Of a stretch of DNA of 64,000 bases, positions 20,240 through 30,837 are shown piece by piece (positions within the stretch are counted from its first letter, which is position 1; each line of letters starts with the position of its first letter). The stretch is from the NCBI GenBank assembly GCA_963845565.1, contig CAWJSJ010000002.1, forward strand, positions 2,112,001-2,176,000, read 5' to 3'. The translations under genes and the position numbers were made by a program. The stretch is from an uncultured Methylomirabilota bacterium. Its GTDB lineage: Bacteria; Methylomirabilota; Methylomirabilia; Methylomirabilales; 2-02-FULL-66-22. The notes beneath the pieces were generated by a model. It worked only from the letters and a program-made list of their open reading frames with translations, ran no database searches and had not been told where the DNA came from.

Positions 20240-23008
20240 ATGTGGGCAAGAAAACTCCTGCGCTACGGCACCATTCTATGTCTTCTGTTCTCAACGGCGG
20301 CACTTGCCAAAGAGGTCGGTCAGAACGAGGCCAGGACTGTCGCGCAGAATTGGCTCCATCACCTTACGCGCGAAGGCCGATTTGTAGATCATCCCACTGC
20401 TACTCCTCAGATCATTGAGGAGGAGGTCATCGTCTATAACAATTCCGTCGTTGGCTACAATTTTATCCTTCATCCGAGGGGGCACATGATCGTGCCACTT
20501 CGGGACGAACTACCTCCGGTCAAGCTCTATTCTGATACGGCCACGTTGCGGATGGCCGACATGTCTGAGGTGGCAGAGTGGATCAAGGAGGAGCTATTCA
20601 AACTCAACGAAGCGATGGATGCGCACAAGGGGGAACTAGACACCATTGACCATGCCACGACCCATAATGGTAGTCTCTGGTCGCTCTTTGGAGCGGGCGC
20701 CTCGTCTTTCCCCCTGGCATACGAGCGTGCGTCACCCGGGGTCGAATCTCTCTCCATAGGGCCGCTTCTTTCCACGACCTGGAATCAGTCCGCACCATAC
20801 AATATGTATACCCCCTTGTGGTACACGGGGGAAGCTACGGTAACCGGTTGTGTGGCTACCGCGGCTGCCCAGATCATGAAATATTGGAATTTTCCACCCA
20901 CGGGGCAGGGATCTACCTCCTATTCGTGGTCGAACGGAAGCTCTCCGGTGACCCTAAGCAGGGATTTCTCGACGAGCACATATAACTGGGGTTTGATGAA
21001 GAACAACCATACCACGGGCGACACCTCCGCCCAGAAGGATGCGGTGGCCCGGTTGATGTCTGATGTTGGAATTGCGTTTCAGATGGTTTATGGGCCAGCG
21101 AGTTCGGGTGGTTCCGGTGCCAACACGATGTATGGGGTGACGGTCTTTCCAGCGTATTTCAGGTACGCGAATACGATCAGTGGCGCCTATCGAGCCTATT
21201 ACAGTAGCGACAGCGCATGGATGCAGGTGTTCAAGAATGAGGTCCAGAACGGCCGACCGAGTCAACTCCGCCTCAGAGACCCTGCGGCTGGTGGACATTC
21301 CGTCGTGGTCGATGGTTATCGCGATTCCCCATCCGAGCAGATCCATATCAACTTCGGATGGGGTGGATCCTACGATGGTTGGTATGTCACAAGCAATATC
21401 GTTACAGGAGGTTACAGCTGGAGCGATGTCAATTATCAGGCGGCTGTGATTGGGATTTCTCCAACTCCCCTCCCGACCGTCACCAACGTCACCGCCACCC
21501 CGCTGAGCCCCCAGGTTGCCGGGACGCCCATCACCGTCACCGCGACCGCGACCGGGGGCACGGGCTCCTATCAGTTCAAGTGGTGGGTCTGGAACGGGAG
21601 CGCCTGGAGCGTCGGCCAGGACTGGAACGCGAGCCCCACCTTCGGGTGGACCCCCCAGGCCGCCGGCGCCTACGAGGTCCACGCCTGGGTCCGCAATACC
21701 GGCGTGACCGCGGACACCTGGCAGGCCTGGGGCCGCCTCGCGTACACGGTGACGACCGCACCCCTCCCGACCGTCACCAACGTCACCGCCACCCCGCTGA
21801 GCCCCCAGGTTGCCGGGACGCCCATCACCGTCACCGCGACCGCGACCGGGGGCACGGGCTCCTATCAGTTCAAGTGGTGGGTCTGGAACGGGAGCGCCTG
21901 GAGCGTCGGCCAGGACTGGAACGCGAGCCCCACCTTCGGGTGGACCCCCCAGGCCGCCGGCGCCTACGAGGTCCACGCCTGGGTCCGCAATACCGGCGTG
22001 ACCGCGGACACCTGGCAGGCCTGGGGCCGCCTCGCGTACACGGTGACGACCGCACCCCCCCCGACCGTCACCAACGTCACCGCCACCCCGCTGAGCCCCC
22101 AGGTCGCCGGGACGCCCATCACCGTCACGGCGACCGTGACCGGGGGCACGGGCTCCTATCAGTTCAAGTGGTGGGTCTGGAACGGGAGCGCCTGGAGCGT
22201 CGGCCAGGACTGGAATCCGAGCCCCACCTTCGGGTGGACCCCCCAGGCCGCCGGCGCCTACGAGGTCCACGCCTGGGTCCGCAATAACGGCGTGACCGCG
22301 GACACCTGGCAGGCCTGGGGCCGCCTCGTGTACACGGTGACGACCGCACCCCTCCCGACCGTCACCAACGTCACCGCCACCCCGCTGAGCCCCCAGGTCG
22401 CCGGGACGCCCATCACCGTCACGGCGACCGCGACCGGGGGCACGGGCTCCTATCAGTTCAAGTGGTGGGTCTGGAACGGGAGCGCCTGGAGCGTCGGCCA
22501 GGACTGGAACGCGAGCACCACCTTCGGGTGGACCCCCCAGGCCGCCGGCGCCTACGAGGTCCACGCCTGGGTCCGCAATACCGGCGTGACCGCGGACACC
22601 TGGCAGGCCTGGGGCCGCCTCGTGTACACGGTGACGACCAACCTGGCGGCGTATCAACCCCTGGGATGGTCGGACGCCATCGTGGTGGCAGCGGTGAGCG
22701 GGTCCAAGGCGGATGCCGGGACCTACGTCCGGGGGCAGACCTACGACCTGAACGCTGCAGTGGGGAACTACGGGACCGGAGCCATTCTGGGGCGTTACTA
22801 CGTGGACTTCTATGATAACGACGTCCCGATCGGGACGGGTTACGTCGACACCCACCCCGCGGGCTACTTTGTCTCCTGGGAGAGTGCGGCGTACGCGTTC
22901 AGTACGGCGGGCACCCATGTGCTCAAGATGGTGATCGACTCCACGAACGTCGTCCCGGAGACCAAGGAGGCCGACAACGTGTATAGCAAGGCGCTCTTCG
23001 TGAACTGA
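20240..23008 (+). CDS. C10 family (streptopain/SpeB-like) cysteine protease with propeptide, four tandem 98-aa modules and a CARDB-like C-terminus
   Basis: signal ALA|KEV; WNQSAPYN, TGCVATAAAQIM, GHSVVVDGY, HINFGWGG; VIDSTNVVPETKEADN. Confidence 0.92.
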   Translation: MWARKLLRYGTILCLLFSTAALAKEVGQNEARTVAQNWLHHLTREGRFVDHPTATPQIIEEEVIVYNNSVVGYNFILHPRGHMIVPLRDELPPVKLYSDTATLRMADMSEVAEWIKEELFKLNEAMDAHKGELDTIDHATTHNGSLWSLFGAGASSFPLAYERASPGVESLSIGPLLSTTWNQSAPYNMYTPLWYTGEATVTGCVATAAAQIMKYWNFPPTGQGSTSYSWSNGSSPVTLSRDFSTSTYNWGLMKNNHTTGDTSAQKDAVARLMSDVGIAFQMVYGPASSGGSGANTMYGVTVFPAYFRYANTISGAYRAYYSSDSAWMQVFKNEVQNGRPSQLRLRDPAAGGHSVVVDGYRDSPSEQIHINFGWGGSYDGWYVTSNIVTGGYSWSDVNYQAAVIGISPTPLPTVTNVTATPLSPQVAGTPITVTATATGGTGSYQFKWWVWNGSAWSVGQDWNASPTFGWTPQAAGAYEVHAWVRNTGVTADTWQAWGRLAYTVTTAPLPTVTNVTATPLSPQVAGTPITVTATATGGTGSYQFKWWVWNGSAWSVGQDWNASPTFGWTPQAAGAYEVHAWVRNTGVTADTWQAWGRLAYTVTTAPPPTVTNVTATPLSPQVAGTPITVTATVTGGTGSYQFKWWVWNGSAWSVGQDWNPSPTFGWTPQAAGAYEVHAWVRNNGVTADTWQAWGRLVYTVTTAPLPTVTNVTATPLSPQVAGTPITVTATATGGTGSYQFKWWVWNGSAWSVGQDWNASTTFGWTPQAAGAYEVHAWVRNTGVTADTWQAWGRLVYTVTTNLAAYQPLGWSDAIVVAAVSGSKADAGTYVRGQTYDLNAAVGNYGTGAILGRYYVDFYDNDVPIGTGYVDTHPAGYFVSWESAAYAFSTAGTHVLKMVIDSTNVVPETKEADNVYSKALFVN
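21467..22639 (+). repeat. 4 x 294-bp near-identical intragenic tandem repeat
   Basis: units start at 21467, 21761, 22055, 22349. Confidence 0.95.
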
Positions 23009-23178
23009 CGCCGCTCCTTTGTGAGAACACCCCCGGTTCGCTTGTTGGACTTGCCCGACAGCCATTCCAAGGACTCAGCGCGACCCAGGGCATGCGCTCC
23101 GCACACCACGCTTGCAGATTGGCACCGCAACCTCACTTCCACCTCTTTGCCATTCAGCGACGAGTGACTTCTTCCCGC

Positions 23179-24264
23179 TTACACCCAGGGTCTAAAGAAC
23201 TCTCGGAACTTCCGGGTTTCATCGGCGGTCTCCATCACGATCTGAAGGTACAGGCCATCCGGCGAGAGGTGTGACCGGAGGAGCGTGAGGTCGTCGAGGT
23301 CGAGCTTCCCGCGAATCAGCAGGCTCCGCCGTCGCGCCTGGACCATCTTGAAGAACGGCATCATCTCCGCGATGGCCGCGTTGCCGACGTCCTTGTTGAT
23401 CTGGATGCAGCCGAGCGATTCGATGTCGAGGATGCGATCCAAGAGGAACAGGGACGAGGAGTGCAGGTGGATGGCGGCGTACGGAAACGCCTCGGCCATC
23501 CGCCGGTCCCAGGGCTGCAGGAGGGTGGTGTACAGATCGGGAGAAAAGAGGGCGGACGAATCCTCTTGGAGGCGGGCCAGCCGGTCCGGGGCCCAGATGC
23601 CCAACTGCTCGATGAGATATCCCCCAGCGAACGGGCCGGTAATTCCGTGCTGCGCGCGGACCAATCCGATCGCGAAATCCGTGCAGCCCTCGGCCAGGCG
23701 TCTAAAGTCGTCCGGATGGTCGTAAAAATCGAAGATCATCTCCGAGGAACCGCGCATTGCGGCGATCATATCGGAGGGGCCCCGGAGAATGGGTTGGCCG
23801 ACGGGGACTCGGTCGCCGAAATGCCTCTTCAGTGTCGCCACGAATTCCAGATATTTTCGCCGCCAGGGATTCTCGTCGGTGAAATCGACCCCGGGAAGAT
23901 CCGCGTATTCAAACCCTCCCTCTTCGGCCCAGATGGATTCCTCGCCGATCTGGACGCGGCACCCCAGCATTGCTTCAAGCCACGGGAAAGGCGGGATCGG
24001 GGCCAGGCCCCGGATCATGTCGTCCTCGACGCCGTCCCAGAGAGCCACGACCCCTTCGTAATCGTCCAGGAACTCCTCGGGGTTGAGATCGTCCGGGGCG
24101 AGCGCCACCTTGCCACGGAGTTTCTGCATGGCCCGGTAGCTCTGCAGGGGAAACCACCCCCCCACGGAGAATCCAATCAGGGGGCGCCCAACCGGTGTGC
24201 GGTTCCAGAACCGACGGTAGCGGTCGATCTTGCCTGCGACGGTTGAGGGAGGTGTACTTGTCAC
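23179..24264 (-). CDS. uroporphyrinogen decarboxylase/methyltransferase-like TIM-barrel protein
   Basis: LRGPSDMIAAMRG..MIFDFYDHPD, LQEDSSALFSP, IHLHS. Confidence 0.7.
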   Translation of the reverse strand: MTSTPPSTVAGKIDRYRRFWNRTPVGRPLIGFSVGGWFPLQSYRAMQKLRGKVALAPDDLNPEEFLDDYEGVVALWDGVEDDMIRGLAPIPPFPWLEAMLGCRVQIGEESIWAEEGGFEYADLPGVDFTDENPWRRKYLEFVATLKRHFGDRVPVGQPILRGPSDMIAAMRGSSEMIFDFYDHPDDFRRLAEGCTDFAIGLVRAQHGITGPFAGGYLIEQLGIWAPDRLARLQEDSSALFSPDLYTTLLQPWDRRMAEAFPYAAIHLHSSSLFLLDRILDIESLGCIQINKDVGNAAIAEMMPFFKMVQARRRSLLIRGKLDLDDLTLLRSHLSPDGLYLQIVMETADETRKFREFFRPWV

Positions 24265-24976
24265 GTGGGTTCTCCTGGCAGCGTGGGCTGTTTCCCTTCG
24301 AGAGATGCGTGTCAGCTTGCCTGAGCCGCGCCGCGAGTGTCAAGGGGAAAGCCGTCTCGCTAATTGTTTTAACGAGACATCGGTGACCTCCTTTCTGTGG
24401 GATGCACTCCTGGTCTATCCCAGGAGCCCGAAAGCCTCACCCATGTCTGTTTACAATAAAGGGTTACTTTGTTTCGCCTTGACAAGGAATTGATACGGGA
24501 GTTACCTAATGCGAAATGGTTCTTCAGACGGAGGAATTTGTTCTGGCGTTTCGCGGGACGCCGGCTCCGTCCCTCCAATCGGAACCGGATCCGATCTGAG
24601 CCACGCGCTGGACGACCTGGCGACGAGACCGGAATCCGGTCTTCCGGTCTACGGGACTTGCGGGCGGTTTCAGTTCATCGACTGGAATGACGGAATCCAG
24701 CCGCGGATTCCCGGGAGTTGACGATCACGCGCAACTTGAACCTGGCCAAAGCGGTGGCGGAGTTCAGGTTGTCCGAAATCATCGCCGATCACTCGCGCGG
24801 CGGTGGGTACTGCCGCGGGCCATGTGCAGCCCCTGATCCGGCGCCTTGACGGTGGGGCAGCAAGCAGACCGGGAACCGGTCACGATCTGTGATCGCCGTC
24901 AGACGTCTTGGATTTCACCGCGATCCTGGCCACGGCTTCACGCCGCGATGCAATGTTACCACGGGGGGGAATCGCT

Positions 24977-25777
24977 ATGCCGGTCAGTCCCAGTTTGCCC
25001 CGTAAGGTGCTCGTGGTTCATGGGGTCCAGTCCAGCGACACCACCCTCAACCAGGACGCCCTCATCAATGAGCTGATCAGGGCCCGCATTGATAACATCC
25101 CCCTGTCTTATGAGTGTGAACTCTACCGATACGAAAACCTCAACGTGGACGCCTTGCAGAAGTACAATACACTCCTCGGTCTGCTGGTGGCGAATCCGAT
25201 CGGCACGGCCATCGGCGGAGCGATCCTTGAAATGATCGGAGATGTGGTGATCTCTCTGCAGAATAGCGCAACCGCCAACAAGATTCGAAGGGGGTTGCGC
25301 CAAAAGGTCCTGGCGATCTTTGAAGCCGGCAACCCCTGCTATATCGTGGCCCACAGTCTCGGCTCCATCTACACCTTTGACGTCCTCAACGCTCTAATCG
25401 CCTCCCGCAGCTATTTCGACCGCAGTTCTCGCAAGACCTGGCCGGTCCAAGGACTGTTGACCATCGGCTCGCCCATTGGCCTTGATATGTTCCAGGCAAC
25501 CGGCCGCAACGCAATCAAGGACTTCGGCGCGGGAGACAAATGGTTTCGGTGGCTGAACATCTGGGATCCCAATGATCCGGTCGTCTCGGGGAACATCTTC
25601 GGCCAACACCTGTCCGGGTACAAGATTGGCGAAAAGTTTCTCTCCGGCGACCCCAATCAAGGATGGGTGATCCGGGATATCTCCACCGATACCGGCAAGA
25701 GTTGGCTCATGGCCCATACGGCTTACTGGCATAGCCCGATTGTTGGTGACAAACTGGTCGACATGATGACGTCTTAG
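24977..25777 (+). CDS. alpha/beta hydrolase (lipase-like)
   Basis: VVHGV, VAHSLGS nucleophile elbow, TIGSP, WLNIWDPNDPV, AHTAYW. Confidence 0.8.
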   Translation: MPVSPSLPRKVLVVHGVQSSDTTLNQDALINELIRARIDNIPLSYECELYRYENLNVDALQKYNTLLGLLVANPIGTAIGGAILEMIGDVVISLQNSATANKIRRGLRQKVLAIFEAGNPCYIVAHSLGSIYTFDVLNALIASRSYFDRSSRKTWPVQGLLTIGSPIGLDMFQATGRNAIKDFGAGDKWFRWLNIWDPNDPVVSGNIFGQHLSGYKIGEKFLSGDPNQGWVIRDISTDTGKSWLMAHTAYWHSPIVGDKLVDMMTS

Positions 25778-25874
25778 GAGCCGTTACGAAATACCTTAGC
25801 CATTTTTGTAATTTTGTTACGGCTCCTTATGCCGTTTCCGAATGTCTCCGGTCAAGTTATTCTTTGACAGCGGC
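25777..25874 (+). mobile_element. MITE-like repeat family A, copy 2 (more diverged; TTA duplication)
   Basis: same sequence family; TTA at 25774-76 and 25875-77. Confidence 0.8.
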
Positions 25875-25899
25875 TTAGCCGGTGGGATGGAGGGCAGCA

Positions 25900-26456
25900 A
25901 TGATTTCCAGACGTTTTCTGCTGCTTGCGATGACCCTGTGGCTGATCGCGGGGTGCGCGAATTCCCTTTACCAGGGGGAACTGGCCGCCGCGGATGCCTA
26001 CGGCAAGGACCGGCACTTTCCTTGCTCTACTGGACCAAGAGCGACCCATTGCTCGGGCAGGCAAAAGCCGGCCCAGCGATTCTCCTGACCGAATGCAGTC
26101 CGCTCACCCGGATTGAATTCGGCGATCGACCGGAAGGCATCGTCTTTCGAGGAATGCCCGGCTTTGACGTCTTACCGGGACAGGCTGGGGCGGTCAATCC
26201 GGACCCAGTCTGCGGGACGATCCTCAATTACCCCACCCTGGCCGACGCCCACGCAGGGCCGTTAGCAGTGGCCATCTACTGTCAGCCGGCGCCGGGGGAC
26301 GGCTTCGCCGTGCAACCGCGCAACTACCTGGCCGCCCGCCCAGAGCCGTATGTCTTCTCGGTCGATGAGAAGATCAAGAAATGGAGCCTCGGCGGAGAGA
26401 CCCTGGCAGGGCCGCCGGTGCCGGAGTGCCGGGAATCGCGGATGCCCAACCAATGA
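25900..26456 (+). CDS. hypothetical lipoprotein, apparent frameshift at ~26020
   Basis: MISRRFLLLAMTLWLIAGC lipobox; the frame ends at 26088 but coding appears to continue in another frame as LLYWTKSDP... to 26456. Confidence 0.6.
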
Positions 26457-26472
26457 CCACAACGGAGGCAGC

Positions 26473-28746
26473 ATGAAAACTCTCTGGTTCGTCCTACTGC
26501 TCCTGGCCGCCCTCACCCCCGCCTGCGTTTCTCCGCGTGCGGTGGGACTCACGACTGAAGCCCTGACCCGGAACGCATCTGTTTGGCCATTGGAAATTGC
26601 CGAGGGGCGCGTCTATACGGACAACGATGCGGCGTTCCTTTCCAAGCTGCGAATGGTCGAAGGGGCCCGCAAGTCCATTGATCTGAGCTACTACATCTTC
26701 GTGGACGACCACAGCTCGTCAGCGCTGATCAAGGCGCTCGTCGACGCGGCCGGCCGCGGTGTCAAGGTGCGGCTCATCGTGGATTACCAGACGAACTACA
26801 AACACCTCGACCTGTACTCGCTGATGGAGAAGGAAGGGAAAGGGAATCTCCAGGTCAGAATGTACGGCCGCCCAACCGCGAATATCGTCAAGGATGCGGT
26901 GTTCATGACCATGGGATGCGGCAAGGAGATGGCGGGGACCCGGGCGGGCCAATGCAGCGCCGACAAGTTCGCCGCCATCGATAAGCTCTTCGCCGACGAG
27001 ACCATTGGAGGCGTGTCGGCGGCCGGCCGGAATATCTCCAACCTGAACATCGGCAATTCCGGGCTGTTTCTTTCGGGTATCTACGCCAAGCGAGCCGACG
27101 TGGTGGCCCTGGCCGCCCAGCAAGGGCAAGGCGTTGACGTGCAGCAGTTGCGGGCGCAAGGGTCCTCCGCTTCCCCCAACGAGAAGGAGCGGCTGAAGTC
27201 GCTGGGCAAAGATTATTGGCGAGCCAAGACCGGGGCGCCGTTCCAGCGCGTGGAGGCCAATGCTGAGTTGTTCTTCGCCTTTGCCGCGTACGGCCAGCAG
27301 TTGAATCCGCTCAAGGACACCGTCACCTCGCTTCTCCCAGTCGGTCGGACAATCAGCGACACCGAAACGCGGGACTGGGATCACTTTACCGACTACACCC
27401 ACCACAAGTTACTGCTGGTGGACGGGACCGCGGTGCAGCTCGGAGGCCGGAATGTGGAGAACTCCTACCACATGCACCCGAATCCGCTGGTGAGCAAGTA
27501 TGTCTTCATGGATACCGACCTCTACGCCAAGCTCACCCAGGGGGGAGAGGCGCTCACGCAGGCGTTCGAGAGTCTCTGGAGCTTCGCCCCCATGGTGGCC
27601 TCCCTGGCCGAGGTGCGCCAGCACGCGCCCAACGATGTTGTCGTGAACATCAAGTACGCCGAGACCCGCTGCGAAACGCGGAAAGAAAAACGGCAGCGCG
27701 AAGAGTGCGTGGCCAAGGAGATGCAGACGAACTTCCATGACCTTGGAACGCGAATGGCTGACGCCAAGCGCACTGTGGACGAGAACGCCCGAGTGTACCT
27801 GACCAAGTACTTGCCTGCACTTCCGCCGCAGCCGGGGCCGGGGTTTGCCCTGGACAAGGGAAGTACCCTCGCCTATCTGGAGAACCTCCCGTTCAACAAG
27901 CAACTCCCCGCCGAGAGGCGGCAGCGCACCTATGGGGCACTTGCCGGCGAGGAGGCGGAGGACGGGAAGTACATCCACGATTCGTGGCTCAAGGCGATCC
28001 CCGGGGTCTGCGCGGCAGCAGCGCCCGGGAACCCGAAGCGGATTGTCCTCCACAACGCCTATTTCCTGCTCCCCGCCAACCTCACCTATGCGATGAGCCA
28101 GCTGGTGGACGGCACCTATGATTGCTCCAACGTGACCGTGACCGTCTTGACCAACTCTTTCGGGACCACCGACCTGAACGTGGTCAATATCGTCGCTCGC
28201 CATGCCCTCAAGGCGTTCACCGAATTCTACCAGCAGCACAGCGATCCGGCGCGGCGGGCGACATTCGAGTATTACGAGTATCAACCCCCCGCGACAGGTC
28301 CCAACCCCTCTCTGCACAGCAAGGTGTCCGTTTTCGGTGATGAGATCATGATCGGCTCGGCCAATGCCGACGTGCGGAGCTTCATGATGGACAGCAACAA
28401 TGCCGTGCTGATTCGGAACGCCCCCGCCTTCCACCGCGAGTACCTGGCCTACATCCAAGGGATTCTTGCGGACGCGGCCAGGTCAAAGAACGTCAACGAT
28501 TCCCTCGCCAACACCCCGCGCGACGTGATGCTGCGGGAGGACCTCGCCTCCTTCCGGCAGATCATGGCCAAGTACGGCGCCGACACACGATTGAATGCCG
28601 GGGAGAAAGCAGGGGTCGAGGCGCGCTTCACCCAGATGCTGAATGATGCCTACGGACTGACGCGAGATTCGATCTCCCCCGATCTGTCGCCCGGCAGGCG
28701 TCGGGAAAACCAGAACCGGTTCAACGAGATGTTCAAGCCGATCTAA
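26473..28746 (+). CDS. phospholipase D superfamily lipoprotein (two HKD-type motifs)
   Basis: signal ...LTPAC; SIDLSYYIF; HHKLLLVD...GGRN; LHSKVSVFGD...GSANAD.RS. Confidence 0.9.
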   Translation: MKTLWFVLLLLAALTPACVSPRAVGLTTEALTRNASVWPLEIAEGRVYTDNDAAFLSKLRMVEGARKSIDLSYYIFVDDHSSSALIKALVDAAGRGVKVRLIVDYQTNYKHLDLYSLMEKEGKGNLQVRMYGRPTANIVKDAVFMTMGCGKEMAGTRAGQCSADKFAAIDKLFADETIGGVSAAGRNISNLNIGNSGLFLSGIYAKRADVVALAAQQGQGVDVQQLRAQGSSASPNEKERLKSLGKDYWRAKTGAPFQRVEANAELFFAFAAYGQQLNPLKDTVTSLLPVGRTISDTETRDWDHFTDYTHHKLLLVDGTAVQLGGRNVENSYHMHPNPLVSKYVFMDTDLYAKLTQGGEALTQAFESLWSFAPMVASLAEVRQHAPNDVVVNIKYAETRCETRKEKRQREECVAKEMQTNFHDLGTRMADAKRTVDENARVYLTKYLPALPPQPGPGFALDKGSTLAYLENLPFNKQLPAERRQRTYGALAGEEAEDGKYIHDSWLKAIPGVCAAAAPGNPKRIVLHNAYFLLPANLTYAMSQLVDGTYDCSNVTVTVLTNSFGTTDLNVVNIVARHALKAFTEFYQQHSDPARRATFEYYEYQPPATGPNPSLHSKVSVFGDEIMIGSANADVRSFMMDSNNAVLIRNAPAFHREYLAYIQGILADAARSKNVNDSLANTPRDVMLREDLASFRQIMAKYGADTRLNAGEKAGVEARFTQMLNDAYGLTRDSISPDLSPGRRRENQNRFNEMFKPI

Positions 28747-28991
28747 TGAGGGAACGCTTTTGTCGGGGGACCGCAACAGGCGGACGATCTCAATAACAGG
28801 TCGGCAAGAAAGAGCGTGAAGGAGGCCCGCCAGTCGCCTCGGAGGCTCCGGAGCGCCGGACACAGGACGTGTTCGGCGCTCTCGTGTCCCGCGACACTGC
28901 GGATGGGGTGGCGCTTTCTGTGATCCGTAATAGCTCGGTCCGTCCCAGATCAAACCACGTCGACGGTTCCTCTCGGAAACGGCCGACCGAA

Positions 28992-30185
28992 ATGGACGCA
29001 GCGCTTGGAGGATTCGAGCGGGGGCGGATCCGGCTCTCCGCCCTGGCCGCCGAGGCGGCCCTCAGCCTGATGGGGTACGCCTCGCTTCGCCCCCTTCCCC
29101 CGCCTCGGCTGGCAATTCCCCATGACAGGGCTCATCCAGACGATTTGTGGCGCCAGATCGACACCATTCCCCGCCAAGAACGAGACGAAAGCGCTTTCGC
29201 CAGTACGATTCGCATGGCCAAGGGCGACGTGTGGCGAAAATTGGCCGACCAGGTGGTCGGGGTGGCCGGAATCGGCTCGATACCCCGCCACCTCCACCAG
29301 ATCCACGTGGCTATGCCCTCCGGCCGAGCCCCCCTTCACGGCCTGCTCCATCTCCCGGAGTCCGCGCGGCCATGGGTGATCCTGGTCCATGGTCTGTACG
29401 ACAGCAAACACAGCCGGTACGTCGTCCTGCTAGCGCAGGCTCTGATCCGACAGGGGTTCGGCGTGCTGATCCCTGACATGCGATGGCACGGATGCCTGCT
29501 TTCTCTGGACTGGCTTCCGACGCTGGGCATCGAGGAGGCGCTGGACTTGCTCGAGTGGGGGCAATGGCTAACGCGGAGTCATCCTGGTCATCCCGTCGGT
29601 CTGCTGGGATTCAGCCTCGGCGGGCTGGATGTGATCCACGCCCTCGGCCGGGTGGACGCGGGAGAGGTCTTCCAGGCGGGCGGGATTGCCATCTCCCCGC
29701 CGGCCTCGCTCCGAGGGACTCTCGACACGCTGGACGCCGCCGCCTCGTTCTGGACCCTCGGGCTGGACGCGGTCCTGCGGAAGTTTTTTCAGCAGGCGCT
29801 GGGGACCCGAATGCGGGCGCTGGGGATCGGGCGGAACGGTGGAGGGCGCTTCGCCCAGTTCCTGGAGTGGATGGTGAGTCGCCTGACCCGGGGGCCGGAA
29901 TTCACATCCTCGCGCTTCTTCGATCTGGCGGATCCTTCCTCGCGGCTTCCTGCCTGCCAAAGGCCGCTCTTGATTCTCGCCTCCCGAAACGATCCGATCT
30001 ACCGGGAGCCGACGGCAGCACGCCTGGTCGAGAAGGCGAAGGGCAACGCCCTCGTGCGCGTGATCGAGACCCCCGGCGGGGGTCACATCGGCCAGCCTGG
30101 GATCTACCCGCAGTGGATGGCGGAGATTCTGAATCAGTTCTTCAGCCTGGCAGCGGGGGTGTCCGGACCTCCCATCACACGCTGA
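28992..30185 (+). CDS. alpha/beta hydrolase (YheT-like)
   Basis: LVHGL, DMRWHG, GFSLGG, SRNDP, GGHIG; start uncertain. Confidence 0.8.
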   Translation: MDAALGGFERGRIRLSALAAEAALSLMGYASLRPLPPPRLAIPHDRAHPDDLWRQIDTIPRQERDESAFASTIRMAKGDVWRKLADQVVGVAGIGSIPRHLHQIHVAMPSGRAPLHGLLHLPESARPWVILVHGLYDSKHSRYVVLLAQALIRQGFGVLIPDMRWHGCLLSLDWLPTLGIEEALDLLEWGQWLTRSHPGHPVGLLGFSLGGLDVIHALGRVDAGEVFQAGGIAISPPASLRGTLDTLDAAASFWTLGLDAVLRKFFQQALGTRMRALGIGRNGGGRFAQFLEWMVSRLTRGPEFTSSRFFDLADPSSRLPACQRPLLILASRNDPIYREPTAARLVEKAKGNALVRVIETPGGGHIGQPGIYPQWMAEILNQFFSLAAGVSGPPITR

Positions 30186-30192
30186 GCCAGTC

Positions 30193-30837
30193 TCATTTGG
30201 GCTTGCGAGCGCGACGGGCGACGCTCGCCAACAGGTCGGGCAGACTCTGCGTGATGGCCAGATTGTACGCCCAGCGGGGGATCAGGCCGCCTGGATCGGT
30301 GAACACATGATAGAGGAGCAGGGTCTTCCCCGGCCCGTCCTCGGTGAGCACCCAGGCCCCGCGAGTCTCGCTGATATTGCCGGAGCCCGGGACATAGGTC
30401 CAGGCAGATTCCCACACCCGCTGCATCCCGTCCCCCCTGATCCCGTTGGTGATCCGCACGTCGTACTGCCGATCGGTGATCGGGAACGGGAGGCCGAGTT
30501 CCTGATGATTGATGATCGTCCCATCGATCTGCCGCTCCGCGCGGGAGGTCTTCACGTACGGCATGAACTCGGTGAACTTCTCGACGTCGGTGAGGACCTC
30601 GAAGAGCCGCTCCGGTGCGGAATCCATCAGGGCGACTGCGACGACCTCCGTGAGCCGCTCCGGCCCCAGCGGCATCAACTGCACCACATTCTTCCCGCTC
30701 AAGACATCCCGCTGCTGCTCCTCGGAAAGACGGACCGGCAGGCGATCGAAGCTCTCCTGCGCCCGGGCGATTCCCGGCGACCCGAGCAGGGTCAGGAGCA
30801 TCAGAGCAGTCGCGAGGCGGCGCGGTGACGGACTCAT
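30193..30837 (-). CDS. exported SRPBCC/START-domain lipid-binding protein
   Basis: signal ARA|QE; LTDVEKFTEFMPYV, PFPITDR, TDPGGLIP.W. Confidence 0.8.
   Translation of the reverse strand: MSPSPRRLATALMLLTLLGSPGIARAQESFDRLPVRLSEEQQRDVLSGKNVVQLMPLGPERLTEVVAVALMDSAPERLFEVLTDVEKFTEFMPYVKTSRAERQIDGTIINHQELGLPFPITDRQYDVRITNGIRGDGMQRVWESAWTYVPGSGNISETRGAWVLTEDGPGKTLLLYHVFTDPGGLIPRWAYNLAITQSLPDLLASVARRARKPK

Noticed and set aside
21467..22639. Diversity-generating retroelement TR/VR pair or CRISPR
   Set aside because: In-frame 294-bp domain repeats with few differences that do not look adenine-specific; no reverse transcriptase in the window.
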